Shown here in pieces: positions 13,422 through 25,118 of a stretch of 64,000 nucleotides of DNA. The translations under genes were made by a program, and so were the position numbers. How positions within the stretch are numbered: the stretch's first letter is position 1; each line of letters opens with the position of its first letter. The notes under the pieces were generated by a model. That model saw only the letters and a list, made by a program, of their open reading frames with translations, did no database searches and was not told the DNA's origin. This DNA comes from Macrostomum lignano (Eukaryota). The stretch is taken from the NCBI GenBank assembly GCA_002269645.1, contig NIVC01002775.1:1-64000 (forward strand), in the 5' to 3' direction.

Positions 13422-16400
13422 ATGTGGTCTCAAAAATTAATTACTGCTGTGTCAGAAGTCAAACCATCATTCCTAGACATTAGCGACAGGTATGTAAGAC
13501 TATTATTAAAATATTATGTTTAATTTTTAAGAATTGTGTGAAATTTTTATCATTCTGTTTTTGTCTGGATATTGGGTGCAGTTTTGCCGCTATGATGCCC
13601 TTATGGTTAAACTTATATTTAACTTTCTGGGTGCAATTTAGAAATTTTCAATCAATAAATAGGTATTGTACATAAAAAAATCAAAACTGTAATTTCGTAC
13701 TCAGAATAAGATAACTTTTGGTGCAGTTATGTAGTTTTGGATGCTATTTGTTTATAATTGCTTGCACTACAACCTAGCTATCATTTAATATAGGTATATA
13801 GCTATTTTCAATTATTAGAAATCCAAATCTTGAAGTCATCCAATTTAGCTACATGCAGCCTATGCTGGTCTAGATTATGTCTAGTTCAAGTCAATGACAA
13901 ATTCAGTAGTGGCCATGGCCTAATTCAGTTGAGGCAAAAAAATTATAGTTTTACCTTGTTCTAAAATATTAGAAGAACTTTTGCATTTGGAATAACTTAT
14001 TATTATTATTAAAAGGTTGCAAACAAAAAATGATGTACATGATGGTACATATTCTTTTCTACATAAAATGCATTTTGGCAATACTTAAAAGTGAGTCATA
14101 TTTTTATATACAATATAATTCCTATTCCTATTCTTACAAATAAGGCTTCCACTTTTTTCTATGCTTATTTCTAGTAGTGTTTTAATATTCAAAGATTCTT
14201 ATAGCAGCAAATAGTCTTTAAAAATACATAGATATATTTTAAGATATTTTGTCTTCTTATCTTATAATAGAAAAAATATATGTTTAATATTAATGGTTTT
14301 AATTGTGCTAATTTGTTAATAGCAAATATTCATTGAATCTATACAATCCTAAGATGATGAAGACCCCTCAGTGATATTTGTATTCATTTCTAATTATCTA
14401 CAAAAGTAAAAGATAAAAATTGGTTTCATAAGCTAGCTTCAAAGATTCTTAGTTGCTAAGCTAGTCTCCTAGATCCTTAGTTGTTGGGCTAATCTCCCAG
14501 TGTTAGTTGCTAAGCCAGCCTCCTAGATCCTTAGTTGCTAGGCCAGCCTTCTAGATCCTCAGTTGTTGGGCCAGCTTCTCATATCTTCAGTTGCTGGACT
14601 AGCTTCTTATATCTTCAGTTGTTGGGCCAGCTTCTCATATCTTCAGTTGTTGGGCCAGCTTCTCATATCTTCAGTTGTTGGGCCAGCTTCTCATATCTTC
14701 AGTTGTTGGGCCAGCTTCTCATATCTTCAGTTGTTGGGCCAGCTTCTCATATCTTCAGTTGTTGGGCTAGCCTCCTAGATACTCATTTGCTGGGCTAGCC
14801 TCCTAGATACTCATTTGCTGGGCCAGCCTCCGACATCTTCAGTTGCTAGGTCAGGCTCCCAGGTCCTCAGTTGCTAGGCCAGCCTCCCAGTGTCAGTTGC
14901 TGGGCCAGCCTCCCAGAGTGTCAGTTGCTAGGCCAGCCTCCCAGATCCTCAGTTGCTAGGCCAGCCTCCCAGAGTGTCAGTTGCTAGACCAGCCTCCCAG
15001 ATCCTCAGTTGCTGAGCCAACCTCCCAGATCCTCAGTTGCTGGGCCAGCCTCCCACTTTTATTTCGACGCTTTCCAAACCCAGATTTGTGTCGGCCCTTG
15101 ATCGTCACGGCCAAGTGCACGTATTCGATGCCGCCTCCTGTGAGCGACTGCACACCTGCGACACCGGCTCGCCTGAACCAGCCACGGCTGTGGCTGTGCG
15201 ACCTCCGCATCTGCTGATTGGCATTGAGGCCAAAGTGGAGCTGCGTACACTGCAAGACGACCTGCCAGATGGGCCGCTGACTCGGTTAGTGACTGACCCA
15301 CTGGCGGGAATCTTCTGATATCTTTGAATGTGTTTATATAATATCGGTATATGCAGTTTCCACACACAAGTTTGTACATTAAATATCGATTAACTAAGTA
15401 GAATTTTTCGATTTAAGTTTAGTCGATCTTAGGTAACAGTGCTAAAGTAGACGAGTAAACCTCCAAGCCAGCTTCAGATTATCCCTTCAGGCCAGCTTCA
15501 GATTATCCCTTCAGGCCAGCTTCAAATTGTCCCTTCAGGCCAGCTTCAGATTGCCCCTTCAGGCCAGCTTCAGATTGCCCTTCAGGCCAGCTTCAGATTA
15601 TCCCTTCAGGCCAGCTTCAGATTGTCCCTTCAAGCCAGCTTCAGATTGTCCCTTCAGGCCAGCTTCAGATTGCCCCTTCAGGCCAGCTTCAAATTGTCCC
15701 TTCAAGCCAGCTTCAGATTGTCCCTTCAGGCCAGCTTCAGATTGCCCCTTCAGGCCAGCTTCAAATTGTCCCTTCAAGCCAGCTTCAGATTGTCCCTTCA
15801 GGCCAGCTTCAGATTGCCCCTTCAGGCCAGCTTCAGATTATCCCTTCAGGCCAGCTTCAGATTGTCCCTTCAGGCCAGCTTCAGATTGTCCCTTCAGGCC
15901 AGCTTCAGATTGTCCCTTCAGGCCAGCTTCAGATTGTCCCTTCAGGCCAGCTTCAGATTGCCCTTCAGGCCAGCTTCAAATTGTCCCTTCAAGCCAGCTT
16001 CAGATTGTCCCTTCAGGCCAGCTTCAGATTGCCCCTTCAGGCCAGCTTCAGATTATCCCTTCAGGCCAGCTTCAGATTGTCCCTTCAGGCCAGCTTCAGA
16101 TTGCCCCTTCAGGCCAGCTTCAAATTGTCCCTTCAAGCCAGCTTCAGATTGCCCCTTCAGGCCAGCTTCAGATTGTCCCTTCAGGCCAGCTTCAGCTTGT
16201 CCCTTCAGGCCAGCTTCAGCTTGTCCCTTCAGGCCAGCTTCAGCTTGCTCCAACTCCCGTCTTCAGCTTCACAGCCAATGTTACGTGCATCTCGGCAGCG
16301 CAGTCTGGCCGTCTGGTTGGCATCGGTTCGGCCGATTTCACCGCCAAAGTTATAGAACTAGACGATGGCGACTGCTACGTTGGCGAAGTGGCCCTTAAGG

Positions 16401-19400
16401 GTCATTCGGGGCCGCTGCTGTCAGTGGCTTTGGATCCCGAAGGCGAGTTTTTTGCCACCTCAGCTTGCGACGGTACGGCCAGAATTTGGCAAGCTGCCAG
16501 TGGCAAACAGATCAAATCTTGGCCAGTTGCCAAGGCCTGTTCAGATCCCGCATTGGCCGCTAGTCCTTGTCCGCTGGTGTGGGAGCCCATGGCTGGCAGG
16601 CTGTTGGCTATGCCAGTTGATTGCGAGCTGCGACTGCTAGCCAGGTTTGACTTATTTTGTTTGTTTATTGCTTTTTTCAATAGGCTCGGTTCCAAGTGCA
16701 GTCACACTAATCTGGAATCTCGGCTTGGCTCTGCTCGTGCAATTAACGGCCTTGAGATCCAACCCCAAGGCATAGTGAAGTGTACATGCCTAACGATAAA
16801 TAAAGTTAGTGCCGCTGTACACCCCTGTGTGTGTGCCTGTGCGTGTGACTGCGAACCTATCCGCGCGCTTGTGTGCCTGCTTAGGGGAGTCGGCGGAATG
16901 GGCGGCAATGCCTGTCGCCGGTTGTGACAATGTGGCTTAAGGTGCGCCAGGGTGCACCTTACTTCCACCTCAGATTCTGTTCAAAGTTTCTCTTGTAATT
17001 AATTCCTTTTTAAATTATCCAAAATTAACATTAATTTTAAGACATGCCTAGTTGTTTGCCTAGAACCCTTCTGAAGTTTTTCCTTTTTTCAACCATATCT
17101 TCCAGAGGAAATTCCTGGCCAGTTTCAGCAACCTGCTCTAGCGACCAGCTTCGCGGCCCCATCCTCTGCTGCGTGTGGAGCCAGCAGGCCGACTTTATTG
17201 CCGCTGGAAGTCGAGATGGTGATTCCAAATTAATAATATATTTATCTGTTTTTGGAATTCCCCAGGATCCATTGGGATTCCGTAGAATCCATTGGGATTC
17301 CCCAGAATCCATTGGGATTCCCCCAGAATCCATTGGGATTCCCCCAGAATCCATTGGGATTCCCCCAGAATCCATTGAGATTCCCCCAGGGCCAGAATCC
17401 ATTGGGATTCCCCCAGAATGCATTGGGATTCCCCCAGAATCCATTAGGATTCCCCCAGAATCCATTAGGATTCCCCCAGAATCCATTAGGATTCCCCCAG
17501 AATCCATTAGGATTCCCCCAGAATCCATTAGGATTCCCCCAGAATCCATTGGGATTCCCCCAGAATCCATTGGGATTCCCCCAGAATCCATTGGGATTCC
17601 CCCAGAATCCATTGGGATTCCCCAGAATCCATTGGGATTCCCCAGAATCCATTGGAATTCCTCAGAATCCACCCAAACAGATTTATTCGCACGGATTATT
17701 TCCCTTTAATTTTCAGTAGATTCTACCCTATCCATTTTAGCTCCATCAAGATGATTTCCATATTAATTAAAGCTATCAAACTCAATCCCAGGCGCCATCA
17801 GTGCCTGGTCAATCGCCTGGTCCGATGCGCCGCTACGCGAGGCCTCCCTACGCCAGGCGGCTCCCTACTTTGCTTTGCGCAGTCCCGGCCTGTGTCCGGT
17901 CAATCAGCTGTGCTGGTGGTGGCGCAGTCCGCAGGCTGGCGCGGCGGTGCAACCGGCTTTGGTCTATCTGGACGCTAAGGGAGACATTCGAACTACGGAA
18001 GTGAGGAAGAATTGCTCCAGTAGGCCTCTGCAACAGCAGCAACAGCAGCAGCAACAACACCAGAAGCAGCTGACAGATGCGGAACTGCTGGCTGAAGCTG
18101 AGCTAGCCGACATTGATCCGCGCGACTTGGTGGACGAATTCGAAAGCGAAATGATGTCGTCTTCAGCGTCTCCAACAATTGCAGATAAAAAGCAGCAGAA
18201 GGGTGTTGCTTCTGTTGCTGCTACTACAAAAGAAGAAGACAATAGCGACAGCAACGCAGACAATTATGCGGACGATAATTCTTCTCTCAACCAAGACGAA
18301 GAGAAAGAGAATCGTAAAAGCGACGGCAAGAAAAAGAAGAAATCGAAGAAGCCGAAGAAAAAGAAGAAGACGGCCACTATAGGCAGCGATAGCAGCGGCA
18401 GTGAAAGCAGCAGTAGCGGAAGCGAATCCGAAGAGGAGAAAAATCGCCGCAGAGCAGCAGCCGGTTCGCCTCATCGAGCCCGCGCCAGCCAGCAGCGCCA
18501 ACGACCTCTGCAGCCCGGCAGCACCAGCGGCTGTCCTCGCTATCTGGTGTGGAATCGCCTCGGCTGCGTCCTGGAGGCCGCCTCCGCTATGCCGGACCAG
18601 CCGCGGATTCTGTCCGTTGAATTTCACGACTCCGCTCTGCATCACGGCTTGCTCATTCCCAATGCTCACGGCTTCACTTTGGCCGCGCTCAGTCTGCGAC
18701 TGCTGGCTTTGGCTGCTCCGTCGACGGCCGAGGCGCTCAGCTTCGTCCGCGTCCGACCGTTGAGCGGCAACGACGGCGGCGAGTACGGAGGCGGCGCCGA
18801 GTGGACTCAGGCTTTGCCGCGCGGCGAAGACGCTGTTTGCTTGGCTGCTAGCGATAACAGATTGTTTGCCGGCTCCGACAGGTTTGTGTGTACTTTTGTA
18901 TTGTTGATTTAAAGTGCATTTGTAATTTTTTAAATGGATTAAGTCCTTTAAAGTGCATTTTTACTTTTTAAAAGTGCATTGAATCTTCAAAGTGCATTCG
19001 TACTTTTTAAAAGTGCATTGAATACTTCAAAGTGCATTCGTACTTTTTAAAAGTGCATTGAATGCTTCAAAGTGCGTTCGTACTTTTTAAAAGTGCATTG
19101 AAAGCTTCAAAGTGCATTTGTACTTTTTAGAAGTGCATTAGGTCTTTAAATTGTATTAAATCCTTTAGAGGGCATTTGTACTTTTTAAAGTGCGTTTATT
19201 TAAAAGTGCGTTTGTACTTTTTAATGTGCGTTATTTCCTCTAAATGTACATTTTCACATTTTTAAAGTGCCCTGGTGCTTTTTAAAGGTGCTAGCGTACT
19301 TTTATCGAGTTTTAATTGTACTTTTCGGTGTGCGCATGCGCGGGCTTCGGATTCTGTGGCGTATGTACTATTTAAAAACTGATTTGTACTCTCTTTGTCG

Positions 19401-21371
19401 AAATTGTCGAGTGTACTATTGCATAAGTCATGTATGCATGCTTATATAAATTTTTATTGTTTTTTTTGCTCCCTTTTTGCTACCTGTACTCTTGTACACC
19501 ATCCAGGCGCACGATTCGAATTTGGTCCCATCGCGGGCTTCAACTAGCGGTGCTGTCAGCCCCCGGCCCCCTGATCTCGCTGTCAGCTTGGCCGCGTGGC
19601 TTCGCCGTCATCTACAATATCGGCGGAGGCTTCGTTGGGGGTGACGGAGACGAAGATGAAGATTGTCCAGTGGCTGCTGACCTGTTCGAGATGGCCGAAT
19701 ATCCGACACCTGGGGACTGGCCGGTGCCGAGGTAAATGCTTCGAGAGAGCGCCCAAGGGGGGGGTTTGTCGTGCGATTCACAGCCGGTCAGATGTCAGAT
19801 GTACTCGTAGACCCTGAGCGCAGTTGCGTCAGTTGTCCGCTGCGATTGTACTGTCGGCTGCCAGATTTTCATTAATTTATCCTTATTTTTGTTGTGCGTC
19901 TTTACTTTTTATCATTTCTTATCTCTACTCACACCCATCTTCTTTTCGCCCCTAAGATAAAAATATTCTCAATTCTCAGCTCTCAGTTCTCTGGAGAAGG
20001 GCAGGCAAGGTCGACCGACTTGTGGAAGGCTGGGTCTAAGCGGCTCACAACACTTGAGGATCGGGCAACCAATCGGAATTGGATAGGCAAAGGGTACTTT
20101 GTGAAGTGTTTAGAGCTTTCATGGGCGGTTTAGGCTTACGTTGGTAGTTTTTGCCACCAGTCCCTTTGGGTCTCAGTCTTTGGTGAGGTGAGGATCACGT
20201 CGGAATGAAATAGCTCGTAAACAAGACGAATAGTCAGCAGATCCTGCCAGGCTCAGTGGGGCGACTGGGAGGACGGTGTTAGCCTCAGAGCAGCCTCAGT
20301 CGTCTGGGTTAAGAATGAGAACTGATTCAAGACAATGGTAGGTAGATTTGTAGTTTCAGACACTCGTTGGGAACAGAGAATCTCAGGAGAGAGGGAGAGA
20401 GAGAGCTGTGACGGAAACACGGCTGAGGGGGTCCGCACTTATAGTCTGGAGGAATCCCATTGCGTCGGAGCACGCAAGATATCGCGTGACGTGTCACGTG
20501 GTATCTATTTTTAGCAACTGACGTCAATGCCTGCCTTAGAAGAAGGCACGGACCAAATGTACAGTAAAGGTGTCTGGCTGTAGTGGCTTACTACATTTGC
20601 TACAACTATAATGATTATTACTGCTGTCTGTGCAACATCATTATTCCGAAAAATACCAACTCCAGACTAATGCGGTCCGAGGTTCGAATCCCGCTCACGG
20701 CTCGCAGCCGTGTAGCCTGGCTTGGCCACTGCCAGCAGTCCGGTTCGCTCTGCGTCCAAGACAGTCACGGCGTTGTCCGAGCAATCCTGCCCGGTACGGG
20801 ACTGGGCGCTTGGTGTCCGGTGTTAAACGGTCGCTCGGTACTTCCGGAACGAACTGACTGGCTGTGGCCGGTCGGCGTCAGCCTGTGTCCTCCTGCGGAT
20901 TTCCGTCTAGCCGGCGTTCACTGCAAGAATTCGGCCGAGCCGTCCGCGCTGGCTGCTCGGCCGCCTATCCGCTACTATCCTCTGGCGCCGTTGCTGTGTC
21001 CGACTCCACTGTCCGAGCTGGAATCTCCTCTGTTCATGTCGGCCAGTTTCGGCCAGCTGTCCGGCCTTGGCGAGCAGCAGCTGCGACTGTTCGCGCAGGC
21101 GCTGAAATCTGGGGAAGAGTCCAGAGCTGTTGACGCGGCCGCTTGGATGTCGGAGCGGGTGCTCCGTCTGGCTATTCAATACGCTGTCAAGGCCAAGCGA
21201 GTGAAGCTGGTTGACCGACTGACTGCTATGGGCGAGGCGCTAATCGCTGGTAGAACTGCCGGCCCGGAGTCTGCAGCAGCCGCCGCCTCGCCCGCTGCTC
21301 CGGTAATCCAGCCGACACCTGTGAAACGGCGAAAACGCGAATCCTGCGAGCCGTCGTCTGTTGGCAAGTAG
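13422..21371 (+). CDS. WDHD1: WD repeat and HMG-box DNA-binding protein 1 (AND-1/Ctf4), about 926 aa
   Basis: Exons 13422-13489, 15084-15284, 16267-16644, 17106-17218, 17792-18881, 19507-19731, 20666-21371 (2781 nt, phases consistent). WD40 motifs DGPLTRFT, GSADFTAKV, GHSGPLLSVALDP, SACDGTARIW. SepB motifs QPGST...RYLVWNRLG, VEFHD, PLTARSRVAWLG, WLWPVG. First exon and 3' end less certain. Confidence 0.92.
14430..15055. repeat. 28-30 bp minisatellite (CAGTTGCTGGGCCAGCCTCCCAGATCCT), family shared with 47890 and 63490
   Basis: About 20 units in WDHD1 intron 1. Confidence 0.92.
15462..16250. repeat. 24 bp minisatellite (CCCTTCAGGCCAGCTTCAGATTGT)
   Basis: About 33 units filling WDHD1 intron 2 up to the acceptor at 16266. 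Confidence 0.95.
16681..16955 (+). mobile_element. 5'-truncated tRNA-derived SINE copy in WDHD1 intron 3
   Basis: Reverse complement of 46865-47170; begins at a B-box-like GGCTCGGTTCC. Confidence 0.7.
17258..17670. repeat. 21 bp minisatellite (CCATTGGGATTCCCCCAGAAT)
   Basis: About 19 units in WDHD1 intron 4. Confidence 0.95.
18910..19270. repeat. Degenerate AT-rich tandem repeat (AAAGTGCATT...TACTTTTT)
   Basis: Recurrent AAAGTGCATT motif with about 40 bp higher-order period in WDHD1 intron 5. Confidence 0.8.
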
Positions 21372-22094
21372 TTTAACAGGACTAATTTATTTAATTATCT
21401 TTACTTTAACCTATTTTTTCTAATTTAGTTAGGTTGGTTTATTTTGCTGTACAACAAAAAATCATTCATATTCGTTACTTTCTACTCATAAGCATTTTGC
21501 TCAGTAGTGCAGTCCGCACATTTTGTTTTAATTGCATTTTTTGCTTTTTTTCTCTGCATACAGTATAAAAATTGGTTGGCTTTGTAACTGTGTAAAACAA
21601 AATCAATTTTATAACGATTGCAATTATAAAGGACTTTTTCTCAACTATACGATAATTAATGCATTTTTTATTCCTCTGAAATCGAAGCTGTTAAGCTTAT
21701 CTGCTATTGTGCCAGTTCGGCAAATACAAGCGGATAATTAAAAAATTAATTGAACTGCTTTGTTAGTTGCTTAATTTAGTCTTTATTAAATAGCAATAAA
21801 ATTGTGACTATTAGTGCGTTTGTACTTATTAACTATTAGCATAGATGTATGCAGTGGCTTCTTATAGCCCAGGCCTATAATTATATGTTGACGTATCTCT
21901 ACCCAGCCCTACATCCGTGATGTGCGCCCCCCCACCACATCCCCATGCAAAATATCCGCGATAAAGTGAAGATAAGAAGTGGCTGCTTTTTTCAGCTCCA
22001 CATGCAGGATGCTACTGCAGGATCTGTACGTATTTTTATATCTACCTAAGGTACCATTCTAATTAATTTTGTTTCTAAAGTTTATGCTTGCTTG

Positions 22095-23040
22095 GAGTTG
22101 TGAAGCTCGGTTAAGGATTGTGACGCTTTGGATATTGTGAAGCTTTGGAGGGTTGTGAAGCTTTGAGGATTGTGACGCTTTGGGGATTGTGAAGCTATGG
22201 AGGGTTGTGAAGCTTTGAGGATTGTGAAGCTTTGGAGGGTTGTGAAGCTTTGAGGATTGTGAAGCTTTGAGGATTGTGAAGCTTTGGGGATTGTGAAGCC
22301 TTGGGAATTGTGAAGCCTTGGGTGTTGTGAAACCTTGGGGGTTGTGAAGCCTTGGGAATTGTGAAGCCTTGGGTGTTGTGAAACCTTGGGGATTGTGAAG
22401 CCTTGGGAATTGTGAAGCCTTGGGTGTTGTGAAACCTTGGGGATTGTGAAGCCTTGGGAATTGTGAAGCCTTGGGTGTTGTGAAACCTTGGGGATTGTGA
22501 AGCCTTGGGAATTGTGAAGCCTTGGGTGTTGTGAAACCTTGGGGATTGTGAAGCCTTGGGAATTGTGAAGCCTTGTGTGTGGTGAAACCTTGGGGATTGT
22601 GAAGCTTTGAGGATTGTGAAGCTTTGAGGATTGTGAAGCCTTGAGGATTGTGAAGCTTTCGGGGATTGTGACGCTTTGGGGATTGTGAAGCTTTGAGGAT
22701 TGTGAAGCTTTGAGGATTGTGAAGCCTTGAGGATTGTGAAGCTTTCGGGGATTGTGACGCTTTGGGTATTGTGAAGCTTTGAGGATTGTGAAGCTTTGAG
22801 GATTGTGAAGCTTTCGGGGATTGTGAAGCTTTCGGGGATTGTGACGCTTTGGGGATTGTGAAGCTTTGAGGATTGTGAAGCTTTGAGGATTGTGACGCTT
22901 TGGGGATTGTGAAGCTTTGAGGATTGTGAAGCTTTGAGGATTGTGAAGCCTTGAGGATTGTGAAGCTTTCGGGGATTGTGACGCTTTGGGGATTGTGAAG
23001 CTTTGAGGATTGTGAAGCTTTGAGGATTGTGAAGCTTTTA
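22095..23040. repeat. 17-19 bp minisatellite (GATTGTGAAGCTTTGAG)
   Basis: About 50 units with higher-order blocks. Confidence 0.95.
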
Positions 23041-23834
23041 TCGTAAAGCGTGTCTGATTAATTTATTTAAAATTAACTGATAAATTGTGTCAAATGTCAC
23101 AGTTATTCTTCTGCAGCTAAAGTTAATGTCCTTGTTGTTTCGCGGACAGTGAACGTTTTTTTTCATATTTTCCAAGTCGCTATCCTTGATTCCTTGTGGT
23201 AATTTTTTTCTTTTTAGCTAATAAGTACAGGGCTAGTGGTGTACAGATGTTTGTGTATTGTTAAGGTTTTATGGTGTACGTGGAGGCTAAGGGCTAAAAC
23301 TGGAGAATCTTTTTAAGTTTCAATTGCTCTTTATATTAGTCTTGTTGCAATGGCTTTAAAGACCTCTTAAAATACGAGTGAAGCCTAATGTAGTTTCCAA
23401 TCCATGTTTTCTTAAGGGTCCCCGGCGCTACCTTTTCAACTGCTGTCGACAATTGGCAACAAGCCGTGGCGCGTTTGCCTCTTCTATTTTCTTCTTTTGG
23501 GCTTACTTTTGCATTATGAGAATGAATAATATTACAGGGAAATAGCTTGACGAAAATTTACTGCTGAGGCAAAATAGCAGTAAATTATAAAATCTTGCAA
23601 AGATCCGGTACAAATAGGTTACGAAATCTAGGTGCCACTGTTATTGCCTATTCCTTTTTTCCTTTTCTCCAGGGCTCTAGTCTCTGCCCGCCTTCCTAGA
23701 TACTATGTTAACCTTCTTAACCTGCCCGTGTAAACCTTTATTGCTACTCTTATCTCCGCGTCTGTTTCCTGTTTATTTCATTCAGGGTCTTAGGTACTGT
23801 CCCCTGTATTCTCTGTCTCCCTCTCCGTCTCTCC

Positions 23835-24200
23835 CGTAGCCTCCCCTCAGCCTCCTCCCTCCCCTCAGCCTCTCCTCAGCCTCCTCCCTCCCCTCAGCCT
23901 CCCCTCAGCCTCCCCTCAGCCTCCCCTCAGTCTCCTCCCTCCCCTCAGCCTCCCCTCAGCCTCCCCTCAGCCTCCTTCCTCCCCTCAGCCTCCTTCCTCC
24001 CCTCAGCCTCCTTCCTCCCCTCAGCCTCCTTCCTCCCCTCAGCTCCTCCTTCCTCCCCTCAGCCTCTTTCCTCCCCTCAGCCTCCTCCCTCCCCTCAGCC
24101 TCCCCTCAGCCTCCTTCCTCCCCTCAGCCTCCTCCCTCCCCTCAGCCTCCCCTCAGCCTCCTTCCTCCCTTCAGCCTCCTCTCTCCCCTTGGCCTCCTCC
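23835..24200. repeat. Pyrimidine-rich repeat (CCTCCCCTCAG)
   Basis: Tandem CCTCCCCTCAG/CCTTCCTCCCCTCAG units. A short (CT)n tract also occurs at about 24727-24765. Confidence 0.9.
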
Positions 24201-24723
24201 CTTAGCTAGGGATCTCACCTAGTAAAGCTTTCATGTCCCACCTGTTACACAATGTCTTTAAAAACCAAGCCAAAGAGAATAGCATTGAAATGAAAATCGA
24301 TAATTTTTTATCATGTCCTGTAAGCTACAGCTGTCTGCGGATATACTGATACTGTATATACTGATACTGTATTTAGAAACTCTAGTATGTATGTACATGT
24401 ACGGTTTTATGTTTCACTTTAAATTAAAAACAGGACAAGCAGCCAAGTTCAGATAGAAAGGCCCTATGCAGACAGACAAGCCACTACACTACGGTTCTTT
24501 TCTGCGAATGCAATTCGAACTCCGAGATTTTGTGCACTCGCGGCGGCGGCTGACATGCGGATATTATTTTAAGAAAAATAAATGCCTCACTCGCTCTGCA
24601 CCCGCCCCAGACTACACTCTCCGGCTCCACCCCGTGTGTGTGTATACTTAGTTAAAACTCGTTAACCAAAATTCTCTCTCTCCCTATCCTTCCACACCGA
24701 GCTTGGTTTTGACGCGGACATGA

Positions 24724-24768
<45 letters not shown>

Positions 24769-25118
24769 CTATCTCAGCCGCCTGTGTGTGTGCTTCTTGC
24801 AGCAAAAACGAAGCCTTTAGTATTATAATACCTTCCTACTTATTAGGCTAGAGTCTCTCTCCTTAGCGCTCGCTCCGCCTTATGCAAACCAGAAACTTGC
24901 GAATGTACATACACAGCCACTCGCTAGAGGTTGGCATCTAATCTTATACCCTTGCTATTTTCTGCCTGCGGCCAACCCCGCCCGCGGCCCAATTGCCATC
25001 CGCAATGTAATATAGTATATAATCTCAGTAGAGAAGGCAGAAACGCAACTGTAAAAGAAAAACTGACTTGAGAACTTGCAGCAACAGTAGAATTCCGTGC
25101 TCACAGTTATAAACCGCC

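Noticed and set aside
15527-16927. 466 aa ORF joining repeats to WD40 sequence
   Set aside because: Only 16267-16644 is exon. The preceding exon ends CG|GTTAG and joins in phase at 16267.
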